38,143 bases of DNA. It comes from Clostridia bacterium (GTDB lineage: Bacteria > Bacillota > Clostridia > Oscillospirales > CAG-382). The notes under the pieces were generated by a model. The model was not told the DNA's origin, did no database searches, and saw only the letters and a program-made list of their open reading frames with translations. Numbering within the stretch: the first letter of the stretch is position 1; each line of letters begins with the position of its first letter. Location: NCBI GenBank assembly GCA_017560145.1, contig JAFYON010000024.1:1-38143 (forward strand), written 5' to 3'. This document shows, one piece after another, positions 25,571 through 35,620 of this stretch. The position numbers and the translations under genes were made by a program.

Positions 25571-26965
25571 TTATTCCTTGTTTCCGACAAGCTTTTTCGT
25601 CCAGGTGCTTTTTTTGAGCATATAAAAGCTTATCGTCGATTTCATCGCCTCGGCGCCTTGGCATATTGCAAAAAGTCCGTGGATGTCGATATCGGTGAAT
25701 CTCGAAACGATCAGCGACGTGGGGAGCATAACCATCCACATAAAGCCGCTATCCATAACGAAGGTGATTCCGACACTGCCGCCGGAGCGGATGGTGAAAT
25801 ACGAGCTGTTGTTAAAGGCGTACAGAGGCATATAAATACCCGAAACTATCATCATATAGGTCGCAAGCTCTTTTACGCCGTCCTCGGTGTTGTACAACTG
25901 CGGAAATACGCCCGAGCTCAGTGCAAGCAGCGAGCCAAGCGTGACGCCGCAGAATACCGAGCAGACAAGAACCTTGCGGTTGGTGTCCTTTGCCTCGTCG
26001 AATTTGCCCTGCCCCAAAAGGCTTCCGACCATAATCGAAATTACCGTGCCGAACGACATATAAACGACCGAGAAAACGTTGAATATCGTCGAGCAGATAT
26101 TTTGAGCAGCAACGACGTCGATTCCGCGCGTTGCATAGCATTGGTTTCTTAACGTAAGCGAGATCGACCATAAAAATTCGTTCGCCATAAGCGGAAGCGC
26201 CTTAAGGAACATCCTTTTTACAAGGTCGAGCGGAATGGTGAAGGATTTGAAAACTCCCTTGAAATAACGGCATTTATCGGTGTTGAGGTGACTCCACACA
26301 ACGAGTATAAGAAGCTCGGTAAAGCGCGAGATAACCGTTGCTATCGCCGCACCCTTAACGCCCATCGGATCAAATCCGAAATTACCGAAGATGAGGACGT
26401 AGTTAAGACCAAAATTCGTAAATACCGCAATAATGCTTGCGACCATGGGAACAACGGCGTGCTCGGTTTCGCGCAGGGTCGATGCATATACCTGTGAGAT
26501 CGCATACGGAATAAGACCGATAAGCATTATTTTAAGGTATATCAAGCCCTCGGAAAGCGTAAGTGCAAGGTCACCGTTCGTGTCGCTTTCAAAAAGGAAG
26601 GTCGAAATAAGTTCGCTGTCGAACAAAAACAGCGCGCCCATCGACAAGGCGGTTAAAAATATATTGATGTAGAGCTTAAAGCGGAAGGAATGTGCGATGC
26701 CCTTTTGGTCGCCGCTTCCGTGATATTGCACACAGAAAATTCCCGCGCCCGAGATAGCACCGTAAATAAGGAGGTTGAATATGAATATAAATTGGTTGAC
26801 GATAGATACGCCCGACATTTGCTCGGTGCCGAGACTGCCAACCATAATATTGTCGAGAAGGCTGACAAAGTTCGTAATACCGTTTTGCAGAATTATGGGT
26901 ATCGCAAGCGATGCAACGCGCTTGTAAAAGCGTTTGTCACCAAAGAACTTTTCGCGTATGCTCAT
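25571..26965 (-). CDS. MATE family efflux transporter
   Basis: LAIPIILQ..DNIMVGSLG, LIFGNFGFDPMGVKGAAIATVISR, about 12 TM segments. Promoter TTGCGT-17-TATAAT at 26997-27025. Confidence 0.93.
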   Translation of the reverse strand: MSIREKFFGDKRFYKRVASLAIPIILQNGITNFVSLLDNIMVGSLGTEQMSGVSIVNQFIFIFNLLIYGAISGAGIFCVQYHGSGDQKGIAHSFRFKLYINIFLTALSMGALFLFDSELISTFLFESDTNGDLALTLSEGLIYLKIMLIGLIPYAISQVYASTLRETEHAVVPMVASIIAVFTNFGLNYVLIFGNFGFDPMGVKGAAIATVISRFTELLILVVWSHLNTDKCRYFKGVFKSFTIPLDLVKRMFLKALPLMANEFLWSISLTLRNQCYATRGIDVVAAQNICSTIFNVFSVVYMSFGTVISIMVGSLLGQGKFDEAKDTNRKVLVCSVFCGVTLGSLLALSSGVFPQLYNTEDGVKELATYMMIVSGIYMPLYAFNNSSYFTIRSGGSVGITFVMDSGFMWMVMLPTSLIVSRFTDIDIHGLFAICQGAEAMKSTISFYMLKKSTWTKKLVGNKE

Positions 26966-27045
26966 TCATATCCTCCTTTCCGAATATACTCACCACATTA
27001 TAAAGCAACAATGCGATTAACGCAAGAAAAATTTTCAAAAAAGTC

Positions 27046-27074
27046 TTGACTTTGTCATTTTAAAGTGCTAAAAT
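27046..27074 (+). promoter_or_regulatory. Sigma-A promoter for the T-box aro/phe operon
   Basis: TTGACT, 17 nt, TAAAAT with an extended -10 TG. Confidence 0.8.
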
Positions 27075-27099
27075 TCAAAAAAATTAATACGTTGTAACA

Positions 27100-27382
27100 C
27101 TAAATGCGTTTATCAGAAACCAGTAAGCTGGAAAGAATCTGCAGAGAGTTGCCGGTCGGTGCGAGGCAATGAGGACGTCCTTCTGAATTCATTCTGACAG
27201 CAGTGCACTGAATCGGATGTTTTCCGTAGTAGGAGGCAACGGGAGTTCCCGTTACAGAACTAAAGTATGTAAGTACTTAAAAAGGTCGCTGTCGCGAGAT
27301 AGCGGCGAATTGAGGTGGTACCACGGGAACAATAGCCTTCTCGTCCTCTGTATCCTTTTCGGAATGCAGAGGGCATTTTTAT
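27100..27382 (+). promoter_or_regulatory. T-box riboswitch, Phe (UUC) specifier
   Basis: AGTA (27122), CAGAGAG, GGTGCGA distal loop, GAA-TTC specifier (27185-27190), CCGTTA, T-box AATTGAGGTGGTACCACG (27308-27325), terminator TCCTCTGTATCC..GGAATGCAGAGGG followed by Ts. Confidence 0.92.
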
Positions 27383-27449
27383 TTGCCGCTCTTGCTCCGA
27401 AGCTTTCAAATCACGAAAAAAATCAAAGAGAAAAACGAGGTCAAGAACA

Positions 27450-28478
27450 ATGGAAATGAATTTCCACAGAAAACTGCCCATCCCGCAGGACGTTAAAAAG
27501 GCTTATCCTTTAACCGAGCGTATGATAAACGCCAAGGCCGCGCGCGACGAAGCGATACGCGCCGTATTCGACGGAAGCTCGGATAAATTTATTCTCATCA
27601 TCGGCCCCTGCTCCGCAGACCACAGCGAGCCCGTGCTTGAATATATTTCGAGACTTAAAAGGATCGAAGAGCAGGTAAAGGATAAAATAATTATCGTTCC
27701 CCGTATATATACAAACAAGCCGAGAACAACCGGTCAGGGTTATAAGGGGATGCTGCATCAGCCCGATCCCGATGCAAAGCCCGATATGTATAAAGGCATT
27801 GTGGCAATTCGGGATTTGCATCTTGCCGCATTGAGAGATTACGATTTCTCCTGCGCGGACGAAATGCTTTATCCCGAAAACTACCGTTATCTTTCGGATC
27901 TGCTTTCCTACGTTGCTGTCGGCGCAAGATCTGTCGAAAATCAGCAGCACAGATTGGTAGCAAGCGGAATCGGCGCTCCCGTCGGTATGAAGAATCCTAC
28001 CGGCGGCGATCTCGGCGTTATGATGAATTCTATCGTAGCGTCGCAGTCGAGCCATACGTTTATCTATCGCGGATGGGAGGTTACGAGCGAGGGCAACCCT
28101 TATGCTCACGCAATTCTCCGCGGATATATCGATTATACGGGCAGAAGCGTTTCGAATTATCATTACGAGGATCTTTTGCGCGTCGAGGAGCTTTATGAAA
28201 AGTCCAACCTCACCAACCCTTCGGTTATAGTTGATACAAACCACAACAACTCCGGCAAAAAATATCTCGAGCAGGTTCGTATCGCAAAGGATATCGTTCA
28301 CTCGCGCAACCAGAATTCAGATATCAAGCGTCTTGTAAAGGGGCTTATGATAGAAAGCTATCTCGAAGACGGTGCTTGCAAGTCGGAGGAGCATATTTTC
28401 GGAAAATCTATCACCGACCCCTGCCTTGGCTGGGAAAAGACCGAGCGCTTGATTCTGGATATTGCGGAAAAGCTTTAA
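27450..28478 (+). CDS. DAHP synthase, class I-alpha (AroF/G/H type)
   Basis: IIGPCSA, KPRTT, VGARSVE.Q.HR, VGMKN, HAILRG, DTNHNNS, MIES, SITDPCLGW. Confidence 0.95.
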   Translation: MEMNFHRKLPIPQDVKKAYPLTERMINAKAARDEAIRAVFDGSSDKFILIIGPCSADHSEPVLEYISRLKRIEEQVKDKIIIVPRIYTNKPRTTGQGYKGMLHQPDPDAKPDMYKGIVAIRDLHLAALRDYDFSCADEMLYPENYRYLSDLLSYVAVGARSVENQQHRLVASGIGAPVGMKNPTGGDLGVMMNSIVASQSSHTFIYRGWEVTSEGNPYAHAILRGYIDYTGRSVSNYHYEDLLRVEELYEKSNLTNPSVIVDTNHNNSGKKYLEQVRIAKDIVHSRNQNSDIKRLVKGLMIESYLEDGACKSEEHIFGKSITDPCLGWEKTERLILDIAEKL

Positions 28479-28493
28479 TAGGGGGTACGTACA

Positions 28494-29582
28494 ATGTCTG
28501 ACAAGCTTGAAGACGCGAGAAAAATAATCAACGAGGTCGACGCCCAAATGGCAGAGCTTTTTATAAAGCGGATGCGGGCGGTCGAATCGGTTTTTGAATA
28601 CAAAAAGGAATTCGGACTTCCGATACTCGACCAAAAGCGTGAGGATGCGGTTATCGAAAAGGCATCGTCGCTTGTCGAGGATGAGGTTTTAAAGGAATAT
28701 TATATCGATTACATGAAGCATATGATGTCGGTATCGCGTGCTTATCAGTACCGAATGCAAAGCGGTCTGAAGGTCGCATACAGCGGTGTCGAGGGCGCGT
28801 TTGCCCATATAGCCGCAGGCAGAATATTTCCCGAGGGCAGATATATTTCCTGCTGCGATTTCAAGGCGGCTTACGATTCGGTGGTCAACGGCGAAAGCGA
28901 CGTGGCTGTGCTCCCGATCGAAAACAGTTATGCAGGCGAGGTTGGGCAAACGATAGACCTTATCTTTTCGGGAAGCCTTTACGTTAACGGGATCTATGAG
29001 CTTGAAATACATCAGAACCTTTTGGGATTGCCGAATGCGACCGTTGATGATATAAAGAAGGTAACAAGTCATCCGCAGGCGCTCGGTCAGTGCCACGAAT
29101 ATATAAAAATGCGCGGATTAGAGACCGAAGAAGCCAACAACACCGCACTTGCCGCGAAAGCCGTGGCAGAGGCGAACGATAAATCGCTCGGCGCGATAGC
29201 AAGCGTCGAAACCGCAAGACTTTACGGGCTAAAGATCATTGAGGCGAATATAAACAAGAGCGGAGAGAACACCACTCGCTTTGCGGTGCTTTCCAAGGTA
29301 AGGGCAAAAACGCCTTCTTTTTCAAGCACGGTGCTTATGTTTTCGGTTAAGCACGAGGCAGGCTCTCTTGCAAATGCGATCGGCATTATCGGTCGGTACG
29401 GTTACAGCATGACCGCTCTTCGTTCGAGACCGATGAAGAAGCATTCCTGGCAGTATTATTTCTACGTGGAAATAGACGGCTTTCTCGATAACGAAAACGG
29501 TGAGGGAATGATAAAGGAATTAAGCAAGGTTTGCGATAAACTCAAGGTAGCGGGCGCTTTTGAACCGCATACCGAAATATAA
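28494..29582 (+). CDS. pheA: Chorismate mutase / prephenate dehydratase
   Basis: N-terminal AroQ-class CM domain (LEDARKIINEVD..KR..K..R), VLPIENS, SHPQALGQC, NTTRF, ACT domain (SRP..WQYYFYVE). Confidence 0.93.
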   Translation: MSDKLEDARKIINEVDAQMAELFIKRMRAVESVFEYKKEFGLPILDQKREDAVIEKASSLVEDEVLKEYYIDYMKHMMSVSRAYQYRMQSGLKVAYSGVEGAFAHIAAGRIFPEGRYISCCDFKAAYDSVVNGESDVAVLPIENSYAGEVGQTIDLIFSGSLYVNGIYELEIHQNLLGLPNATVDDIKKVTSHPQALGQCHEYIKMRGLETEEANNTALAAKAVAEANDKSLGAIASVETARLYGLKIIEANINKSGENTTRFAVLSKVRAKTPSFSSTVLMFSVKHEAGSLANAIGIIGRYGYSMTALRSRPMKKHSWQYYFYVEIDGFLDNENGEGMIKELSKVCDKLKVAGAFEPHTEI

Positions 29583-29617
29583 TCAAAGAAATTAAGCATT
29601 AATATTTATTTTAGTGC

Positions 29618-29645
29618 TTGATTTCAGCCGCTGCAGAGTTATAAT
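29618..29645 (+). promoter_or_regulatory. Internal sigma-A promoter upstream of aroE-aroK
   Basis: TTGATT, 16 nt, TATAAT in the 110-bp gap. Confidence 0.55.
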
Positions 29646-29692
29646 AATTAATGATACGATTTTTTGAAAGATGCTTTCTTTAGGAGTATATA

Positions 29693-30940
29693 ATGGGAAA
29701 ATACGGATGTATCGGGAAAAAACTGACACACAGCTTTTCAAAAGAGATACATAACGAGCTTGCCGATTACGATTACGAGCTGATCGAGCTTGCGGAGGAC
29801 GAGGTTCAGCCCTTCTTCGAGGGTAAGGACTTTGACGCGGTCAACGTTACCATTCCGTATAAGCAGACGGTTATACCTTATCTCGATTCGGTAAGCGATA
29901 TCGCCGCCCGTATCGGTGCGGTAAATACCGTTGTCAATAAAAACGGCGTTCTTTTCGGATATAATACCGACTATTACGGTATGAAAGCGTTGATCGAGCG
30001 CTTGGGTATCGATCCGAGCGGCAAAAAGGCGTTGATACTCGGCACGGGCGGAACAAGCAAAACGGCTTGTGCGGTCTTATCGGATATGGGCGCTTGCGAG
30101 GTGTTGGCAGTCAGCAGAAGCAAAAAAGAGGGCTGCATTACTTATGACGAGGCGTTAACGCTTCATAACGATGCAAGCGTGATCATAAACACCACGCCTT
30201 TGGGAATGTATCCCGATTGCGGATCGAAGCCTATCGATATCGGCGGATTCGACCGTCTTATCGGAGTGGTCGATGCGGTATATAACCCTCTTTGCACAAA
30301 TCTTGTGCTTGATGCCAAGGCAAGGGGCATCAAGGCGGCGGGCGGACTTTATATGCTCGTAATGCAGGCGGTGGTTGCAGTCGAAAGGTTTCTTGATACC
30401 GCTATTGCAAAGGAAGTTGCCGACAAGGTGTATGAGGATATACTTTCCGCAAAGGAAAATATCGTGCTTACCGGAATGCCGGGAAGCGGAAAGAGCACCG
30501 TTGGCAGACTTATCGATATCGAGGGATATAAGTTCGTCGATACCGATGAGGAGATCGAAAAGCGTTGCGGATGCACGATAAAGGAATTGATTGCCGACAA
30601 GGGCGAAAAGCATTTCCGCGATCTTGAATCGGAGGTTATCCGCGATATATCCTCCCAAGGCTGCCGTATTATCTCCACCGGCGGCGGCGCGGTTTTAAGA
30701 GAGGAAAATATTCGCAGACTTAAGCGTAACGGAAAAATTTATTTTATCGATGCCAAGCTCTCGCGCCTTCAGGCAACCGAAGACAGACCGCTTTCCGATA
30801 CGGCGGACAAGCTTATAAGGCTTTATAACGAAAGGATCGATATTTATCGCGCGACCGCGGACGTAGTAGTGCCCGATATGGACGAAGCGCGGTCGGAGGC
30901 GGAATATATATTGGCAAGCAGAAGGGAATTGACGGTATGA
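29693..30940 (+). CDS. aroE: Shikimate dehydrogenase - shikimate kinase fusion
   Basis: AroE motifs HSFS, NVTIPYK, GAVNT, NTDYYG, GTGG, NTTPLGM, then AroK motifs GMPGSGKST, DTDEEIE, FRDLE, STGGG, RPL. Confidence 0.93.
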   Translation: MGKYGCIGKKLTHSFSKEIHNELADYDYELIELAEDEVQPFFEGKDFDAVNVTIPYKQTVIPYLDSVSDIAARIGAVNTVVNKNGVLFGYNTDYYGMKALIERLGIDPSGKKALILGTGGTSKTACAVLSDMGACEVLAVSRSKKEGCITYDEALTLHNDASVIINTTPLGMYPDCGSKPIDIGGFDRLIGVVDAVYNPLCTNLVLDAKARGIKAAGGLYMLVMQAVVAVERFLDTAIAKEVADKVYEDILSAKENIVLTGMPGSGKSTVGRLIDIEGYKFVDTDEEIEKRCGCTIKELIADKGEKHFRDLESEVIRDISSQGCRIISTGGGAVLREENIRRLKRNGKIYFIDAKLSRLQATEDRPLSDTADKLIRLYNERIDIYRATADVVVPDMDEARSEAEYILASRRELTV

Positions 30941-31365
30941 AAATTCTTGTTATCAACGGACCCAATCTTAATATGCTCGGCATACGCGAGCCCGATTATT
31001 ACGGACACGAATCCTATTCCGACCTTGTTGCGAAAATAGAAAGCCATTGCAGTAAAAAGAGCGTAGAGGTCGAGCTTTTTCAATCGAACCACGAGGGCGA
31101 TCTCGTGGATTGGATCCAAAGCGCATACAACAATGCCGACGGCATCGTCATAAACCCCGGTGCGTATACACACACGAGCATTGCCATTCTCGATGCTGTA
31201 AAGGCGGTCGGAATCCCCACCGTAGAGGTGCATATTTCCAAGCCCGAGGAACGCGAGGATTTCAGAAAGATAAGCTATATCCGTCTTGCTTGCGTAAAAA
31301 CCATTACTGGTCACGGAACCGACGGATATATCGAGGCTATCGATTTTTTGACCGATAAAAAATAA
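30937..31365 (+). CDS. aroQ: Type II 3-dehydroquinate dehydratase
   Basis: NGPNLNMLGIREP..YG, QSNHEG, INPGAYTHTS, EVHIS. Confidence 0.96.
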   Translation: MKILVINGPNLNMLGIREPDYYGHESYSDLVAKIESHCSKKSVEVELFQSNHEGDLVDWIQSAYNNADGIVINPGAYTHTSIAILDAVKAVGIPTVEVHISKPEEREDFRKISYIRLACVKTITGHGTDGYIEAIDFLTDKK

Positions 31366-31402
31366 AGCGGCGATAGAGCGAACCGCTTGGAAGATCACAA
31401 AT

Positions 31403-31445
31403 AAAAAAAGAGAGAAGACGATGTCTTCTCTCAATTATTTTTTCC
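31403..31445. terminator. Terminator between convergent genes
   Basis: GAGAGAAGAC-gat-GTCTTCTCTC with flanking A/T tracts. Confidence 0.8.
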
Positions 31446-31458
31446 ATAAAGCTACGGC

Positions 31459-32034
31459 TTATTGCTTTTTCAGATTAAGAAGTCTTATTACCGCGGGGCT
31501 GAGCACGATGTTGGTTGCGATCTCAATAAAGAAGTTTACGCCGATCATTCCGACAAAGAGATAGGTGAAAGCATCTCCGCCGCCTGCCCAGGAAGCGATG
31601 GTGTCCATAAAGAAAGCAAAGCATCCGAGCGCAAACACGCCTGTGTTTATAACGGGACAAGCTATCGCGGCGACGATAACGGCGATATATTTATTATGCT
31701 TTTCGATAAGCTTATATACCAAGCCTGCACAAAGTCCGCTTAACGTGCCCTTTAAAAGCACGGTAAGGATGGTTCCGGCAACGTTGACCGCCAAAAACGG
31801 TGCGGCATCGCCGGTAAGCAAAACAACCAGACCGAACACCAATCCAAGCCAAGCGCCGATTTTTGCACCGCATTTCGATGCGCCGATAACGATCGGAATA
31901 AGCGCAAGAGTGATCGAAAATATGCCGGTCTTGATAAAGGAGCAAAGCAGCTGCAATACAACTACAAGTGCTGTCAATACTGCGGCGATCACCAACATTT
32001 CGGTTGACGCTCTTCTTTTTTTATTTAAGCTCAT
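31459..32034 (-). CDS. ECF transporter S component (substrate unclear)
   Basis: About 6 TM segments, AxxxA motif in helix 1, ITLALIPIVIGA..G...GAWLGLVFG. Confidence 0.82.
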   Translation of the reverse strand: MSLNKKRRASTEMLVIAAVLTALVVVLQLLCSFIKTGIFSITLALIPIVIGASKCGAKIGAWLGLVFGLVVLLTGDAAPFLAVNVAGTILTVLLKGTLSGLCAGLVYKLIEKHNKYIAVIVAAIACPVINTGVFALGCFAFFMDTIASWAGGGDAFTYLFVGMIGVNFFIEIATNIVLSPAVIRLLNLKKQ

Positions 32035-32086
32035 AAATTTCTCCTGCCGTTGATTTCAACGGGTATAATGAAATATCTTCGAACCG

Positions 32087-32115
32087 ATTATATCATTAGT
32101 TGCCGTTAAAATCAA
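32087..32115 (-). promoter_or_regulatory. Sigma-A promoter for the ECF S component
   Basis: Minus strand: TTGATT, 17 nt, TATAAT with an extended -10 TG. Confidence 0.75.
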
Positions 32116-32130
32116 GTGTCAAACAAGCAC

Positions 32131-32157
32131 AAAAAAGAGCGCGTATTTACGCGCTCT
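32131..32157 (-). terminator. Terminator after the acyl-CoA ligase
   Basis: AGAGCGCGTA-tt-TACGCGCTCT with an A6 run on the left. Confidence 0.8.
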
Positions 32158-32176
32158 CTATTGAAAATGCGGACGT

Positions 32177-33883
32177 TTACATCGGACTGCCGTCTTTTGC
32201 ACGGCGAATTTTGTTGGTGGTGGTCTTTACAAAAGGTGTTTCGCGGATGATAACGTTGTTTACCTGCTTATAGGTGGGAAGCTTTTCCAACGCGGCGAAA
32301 ACGTCGTGCTTCAATTTTGCCTGAAGCTCTGCTATATCGCCCGATTTTAAATATTCGGGGTCGAGCACGCATTGAACCGCAAGATTTTCCTCTCTGCCGT
32401 CTTCGTTTCGGTCGGCATAAACGATGTTTTCCAAAACGTAAGGGATATTGCCGATATATTCCTCTAATTCCTCGGGGTAAATATTTTTGCCGTTGCCGAG
32501 AATGATAATATTCTTCTTTCTGCCCGTGATCATGATCTGACCCTTTTTGGTAAGCTTGCCGTAGTCACCGGTGCAGAAATAACCGTCTTCGGTAAATACA
32601 TCCTTGGTCGCCTGCTCGTTTTTATAATAGCCAAGCATAACGATATCGCCCTTAACGCAGATCTCGCCCTCGCCGTCCTCGTTGGGCTCGGCAATGCGAA
32701 CGTCGATACACCCCATAGGATAGCCGACGGTTTTGGGATCGTTATCAAAATCGGTGTTTACCGCAACAAGAGGCGAGCATTCGGTAATGCCGTAGCCGTT
32801 TGTAACGATAATGCCGATATCGTCGAAGAATTCAACGATTTCTGCACGGAGGGGTGCGCCGCCGCAAATGATCTTTACCAATCTGCCGCCGAAAGCCGCG
32901 TGCAGCTCTGCAAAAATTTCACGTCTTTTATCAATGCCGATCGCACGGAGGAAGCGCGAAAGCTTAATACCGGTCTGAACCTTTTTGGTTTTGCCCTTTT
33001 CCTCGATGCTTGCGATCATTCTGCGGTAAACTACCTCTAAAAGTGCGGGCACTACGTACATATACGACGGCTTGTAAAGTGCCATATTCTTAACAACGCG
33101 CTTGAGGCTGTCGTTTATGCAAAGCGTTGCCTTTAAGTGTATCGCAACCAAAAGGCCCGTGATCGATTCATAGCAATGGTGATACGGAAGCACCGAAAGA
33201 GCAACGTCGCGGAGTGTGGTAAGCTGAATTCCCCAATGAACGAGCGAAAGGATATTGTGCTCGGAAAGCATAACGCCCTTTGCAAGCCCGGTTGTTCCCG
33301 AGGTGTAGATAAGCATTTTAAGCTTTTGCTTGTCCTCGTTTTCGATTTCTTCAAATCGCTTGTCGCCGTTTTCGTAAAGCTCCTTGCCCCTTGCCATTAA
33401 TTTGCCAAAGGAAAGAAATTCGTTTTCGTCCTCTTCGCGGTCGAAGCAGATGAAATATTTAACGCGCTCGATTCTGTCGCGGATGCGCTTGAACGCCTCC
33501 TCGCGCTTTTTATCGCAGAAGATTATATCATCGTCGCCGTGGTTGATAATATTGACAAGGTCGTCATCCGGAAGATCCTTATCGATAGGGCAGAAAACGC
33601 CCTTGCTTTGCAATGCGGTAACGAAAACGGTGATCCAATTATAGCTGTTTTCACCTGCACATGCGATGTGACCCGATTCGAGTCCCATATCAACAAGCGC
33701 GGTACCGAGATGATATATATCCTTTTGGAATTCCTTGAAGGTAACTTCAACAATACCGTCCTTGCCGCGGTATTTGTGACTTATCTGATCGCCTGCCTCG
33801 TCGACTGCCATCTGAACAAGATGCTTTATGCTTTTAGGTTCGGGGCGTACAACGGGATGACGTGCCAAAACGTTTCTTGCCAT
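32177..33883 (-). CDS. Long-chain fatty acid-CoA ligase (AMP-binding enzyme)
   Basis: YTSGTTGLAKG, GYGITE, GEICVKG..VMLGYYK, TGDYG, ITGRKKN...NGKNIYPEELE. Confidence 0.92.
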   Translation of the reverse strand: MARNVLARHPVVRPEPKSIKHLVQMAVDEAGDQISHKYRGKDGIVEVTFKEFQKDIYHLGTALVDMGLESGHIACAGENSYNWITVFVTALQSKGVFCPIDKDLPDDDLVNIINHGDDDIIFCDKKREEAFKRIRDRIERVKYFICFDREEDENEFLSFGKLMARGKELYENGDKRFEEIENEDKQKLKMLIYTSGTTGLAKGVMLSEHNILSLVHWGIQLTTLRDVALSVLPYHHCYESITGLLVAIHLKATLCINDSLKRVVKNMALYKPSYMYVVPALLEVVYRRMIASIEEKGKTKKVQTGIKLSRFLRAIGIDKRREIFAELHAAFGGRLVKIICGGAPLRAEIVEFFDDIGIIVTNGYGITECSPLVAVNTDFDNDPKTVGYPMGCIDVRIAEPNEDGEGEICVKGDIVMLGYYKNEQATKDVFTEDGYFCTGDYGKLTKKGQIMITGRKKNIIILGNGKNIYPEELEEYIGNIPYVLENIVYADRNEDGREENLAVQCVLDPEYLKSGDIAELQAKLKHDVFAALEKLPTYKQVNNVIIRETPFVKTTTNKIRRAKDGSPM

Positions 33884-34029
33884 AAAAATCTCCTTGATGT
33901 AATCGGATATTCAACCCATATTAACAAGGATTTTAAGCATCAAACATTAACTGAAGGTTAATCTTTTCGTATTTTTTGACGACAAATGAAAAAATATCGA
34001 AAAAACTGCAAAAAACCAATATGCCGCTA

Positions 34030-34058
34030 TTGATTTTAGGGGCTTTGTGTTGTAAAAT
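34030..34058 (+). promoter_or_regulatory. Sigma-A promoter for galT
   Basis: TTGATT, 17 nt, TAAAAT. Confidence 0.7.
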
Positions 34059-34080
34059 GCATCGGTGGGGTGAATGAATT

Positions 34081-35568
34081 ATGATTTACAATAGCTTGCA
34101 AGCCTTGATCAATTATGCAATCGACAAAAATATAATCGAAAAGGTCGATATCTTCGTTGTACGCAACCGTCTTATGAACGCCTTGCGACTTACCGATTGG
34201 CAGGACGTTGAATCGGCGGAATACGGCGATATAGAAAGCATTCTTGCGCCTATTATCCAATATGCGTGCGATAACGGCATAATCGAGGACACTACTGCGT
34301 GCAGAGATATTTTCGATACCGAGATAATGGGTATTCTCACACCTATGCCGCGCGAGATCAATGCAGAATTCGCAAGAAGATATGCAATAAGCCCGCTCGA
34401 AGCCACGAATTGGTATTACGATATAAGCAAGGACCTTAATTACGTACGTGCATTACGTATCGCAAAGGACCTTAAATGGCCGTTTGAGTGCGAATACGGC
34501 GCACTTGATATTACGATAAACCGTTCGAAGCCCGAAAAGGATCCGCGTGATATCGCAAAGGCAGGAAGCACCGTTTCCGCAAAATATCCCAAATGTCAGC
34601 TTTGCGCCGAAAACGCAGGCTTCTGGGGTACCGCGAATCATCCCGCAAGACAAAATCTCCGTCCGATAGAAATCACCGTCAATAACGAGGAATGGCAGCT
34701 TCAGTATTCCCCCTACGGATATTACGACGAGCATTGTATTGCGTTCAATACCGCGCACGTTCCGATGAAGATAGATGATACCGTTTTCGATAAGATGTTT
34801 GACATTATCGATTATCTCCCTCATTACTTTGTCGGCTCGAATGCCGATCTGCCCATAGTCGGCGGCTCGATACTCTCGCACGAGCATTTTCAAGGCGGTA
34901 ATTACGAATTTGCGATGGCAAAATCGGGAATCGAATATGAATTTTCGGTCAAAGGCTTCGAAAACGTCAAGGCCGGTATCGTAAAATGGCCGATGTCGGT
35001 CATCCGCGTAAGCTCTGCCGACAGAAAAGAGCTTGCAAAATGCTGTGCGCACATTCTTGCCTCGTGGAGAAGCTATTCCGATGCGGATGCAGGTATTTTC
35101 GCCTTTACCGAAAGCACACCGCACAACACGATAACCCCCATTTCGCGCAAGAGAGGCGACGTTTACGAATGCGACCTCGTTTTGCGTAACAACCGCACGA
35201 GTGACGAGCGACCTCTGGGCATCTTCCACCCGAATCCCTCGCTTCATCACATAAAAAAGGAAAACATCGGTCTTATCGAGGTTATGGGTCTTGCCGTGCT
35301 TCCCGCGCGCTTGGCTGACGAGATAGTGCTTATCGAGAACGCAATTCTTAACGGATCGGACGTTTCTGCCGACGAAAGAATCGCGTCGCATTCCGATTGG
35401 GTAAACGAGATCAAGGCGAAATATCAAAGCCTTACGAGCGAAAACATCCGCTCTGTGCTCGAATATGAAATCGGCAAGGTGTTTCTTGAGGTTCTTTGCG
35501 ACGCAGGCGTTTATAAGCGCACCGAAAAGGGTTTGAGCGCGTTTATCAAATTTACCGAACAACTGTAA
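34081..35568 (+). CDS. galT: Galactose-1-phosphate uridylyltransferase (Firmicute class II)
   Basis: ITINRSKPEKDPRDIA, YPKCQLC.EN, HPARQNLR, GSNADLPIVGGSILSHEHFQGG, HIKKENIGLIEVMGLAVLP. Confidence 0.96.
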   Translation: MIYNSLQALINYAIDKNIIEKVDIFVVRNRLMNALRLTDWQDVESAEYGDIESILAPIIQYACDNGIIEDTTACRDIFDTEIMGILTPMPREINAEFARRYAISPLEATNWYYDISKDLNYVRALRIAKDLKWPFECEYGALDITINRSKPEKDPRDIAKAGSTVSAKYPKCQLCAENAGFWGTANHPARQNLRPIEITVNNEEWQLQYSPYGYYDEHCIAFNTAHVPMKIDDTVFDKMFDIIDYLPHYFVGSNADLPIVGGSILSHEHFQGGNYEFAMAKSGIEYEFSVKGFENVKAGIVKWPMSVIRVSSADRKELAKCCAHILASWRSYSDADAGIFAFTESTPHNTITPISRKRGDVYECDLVLRNNRTSDERPLGIFHPNPSLHHIKKENIGLIEVMGLAVLPARLADEIVLIENAILNGSDVSADERIASHSDWVNEIKAKYQSLTSENIRSVLEYEIGKVFLEVLCDAGVYKRTEKGLSAFIKFTEQL

Positions 35569-35571
35569 AAT

Positions 35572-35614
35572 AAAAACAAGCTTCACGTATATCGCGAAGC
35601 TTGTTTGTTTTTTT
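35572..35614. terminator. Bidirectional terminator
   Basis: AAACAAGCTTC...GAAGCTTGTTT with flanking A/T tracts. Confidence 0.82.
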
Positions 35615-35620
35615 GCTTAT

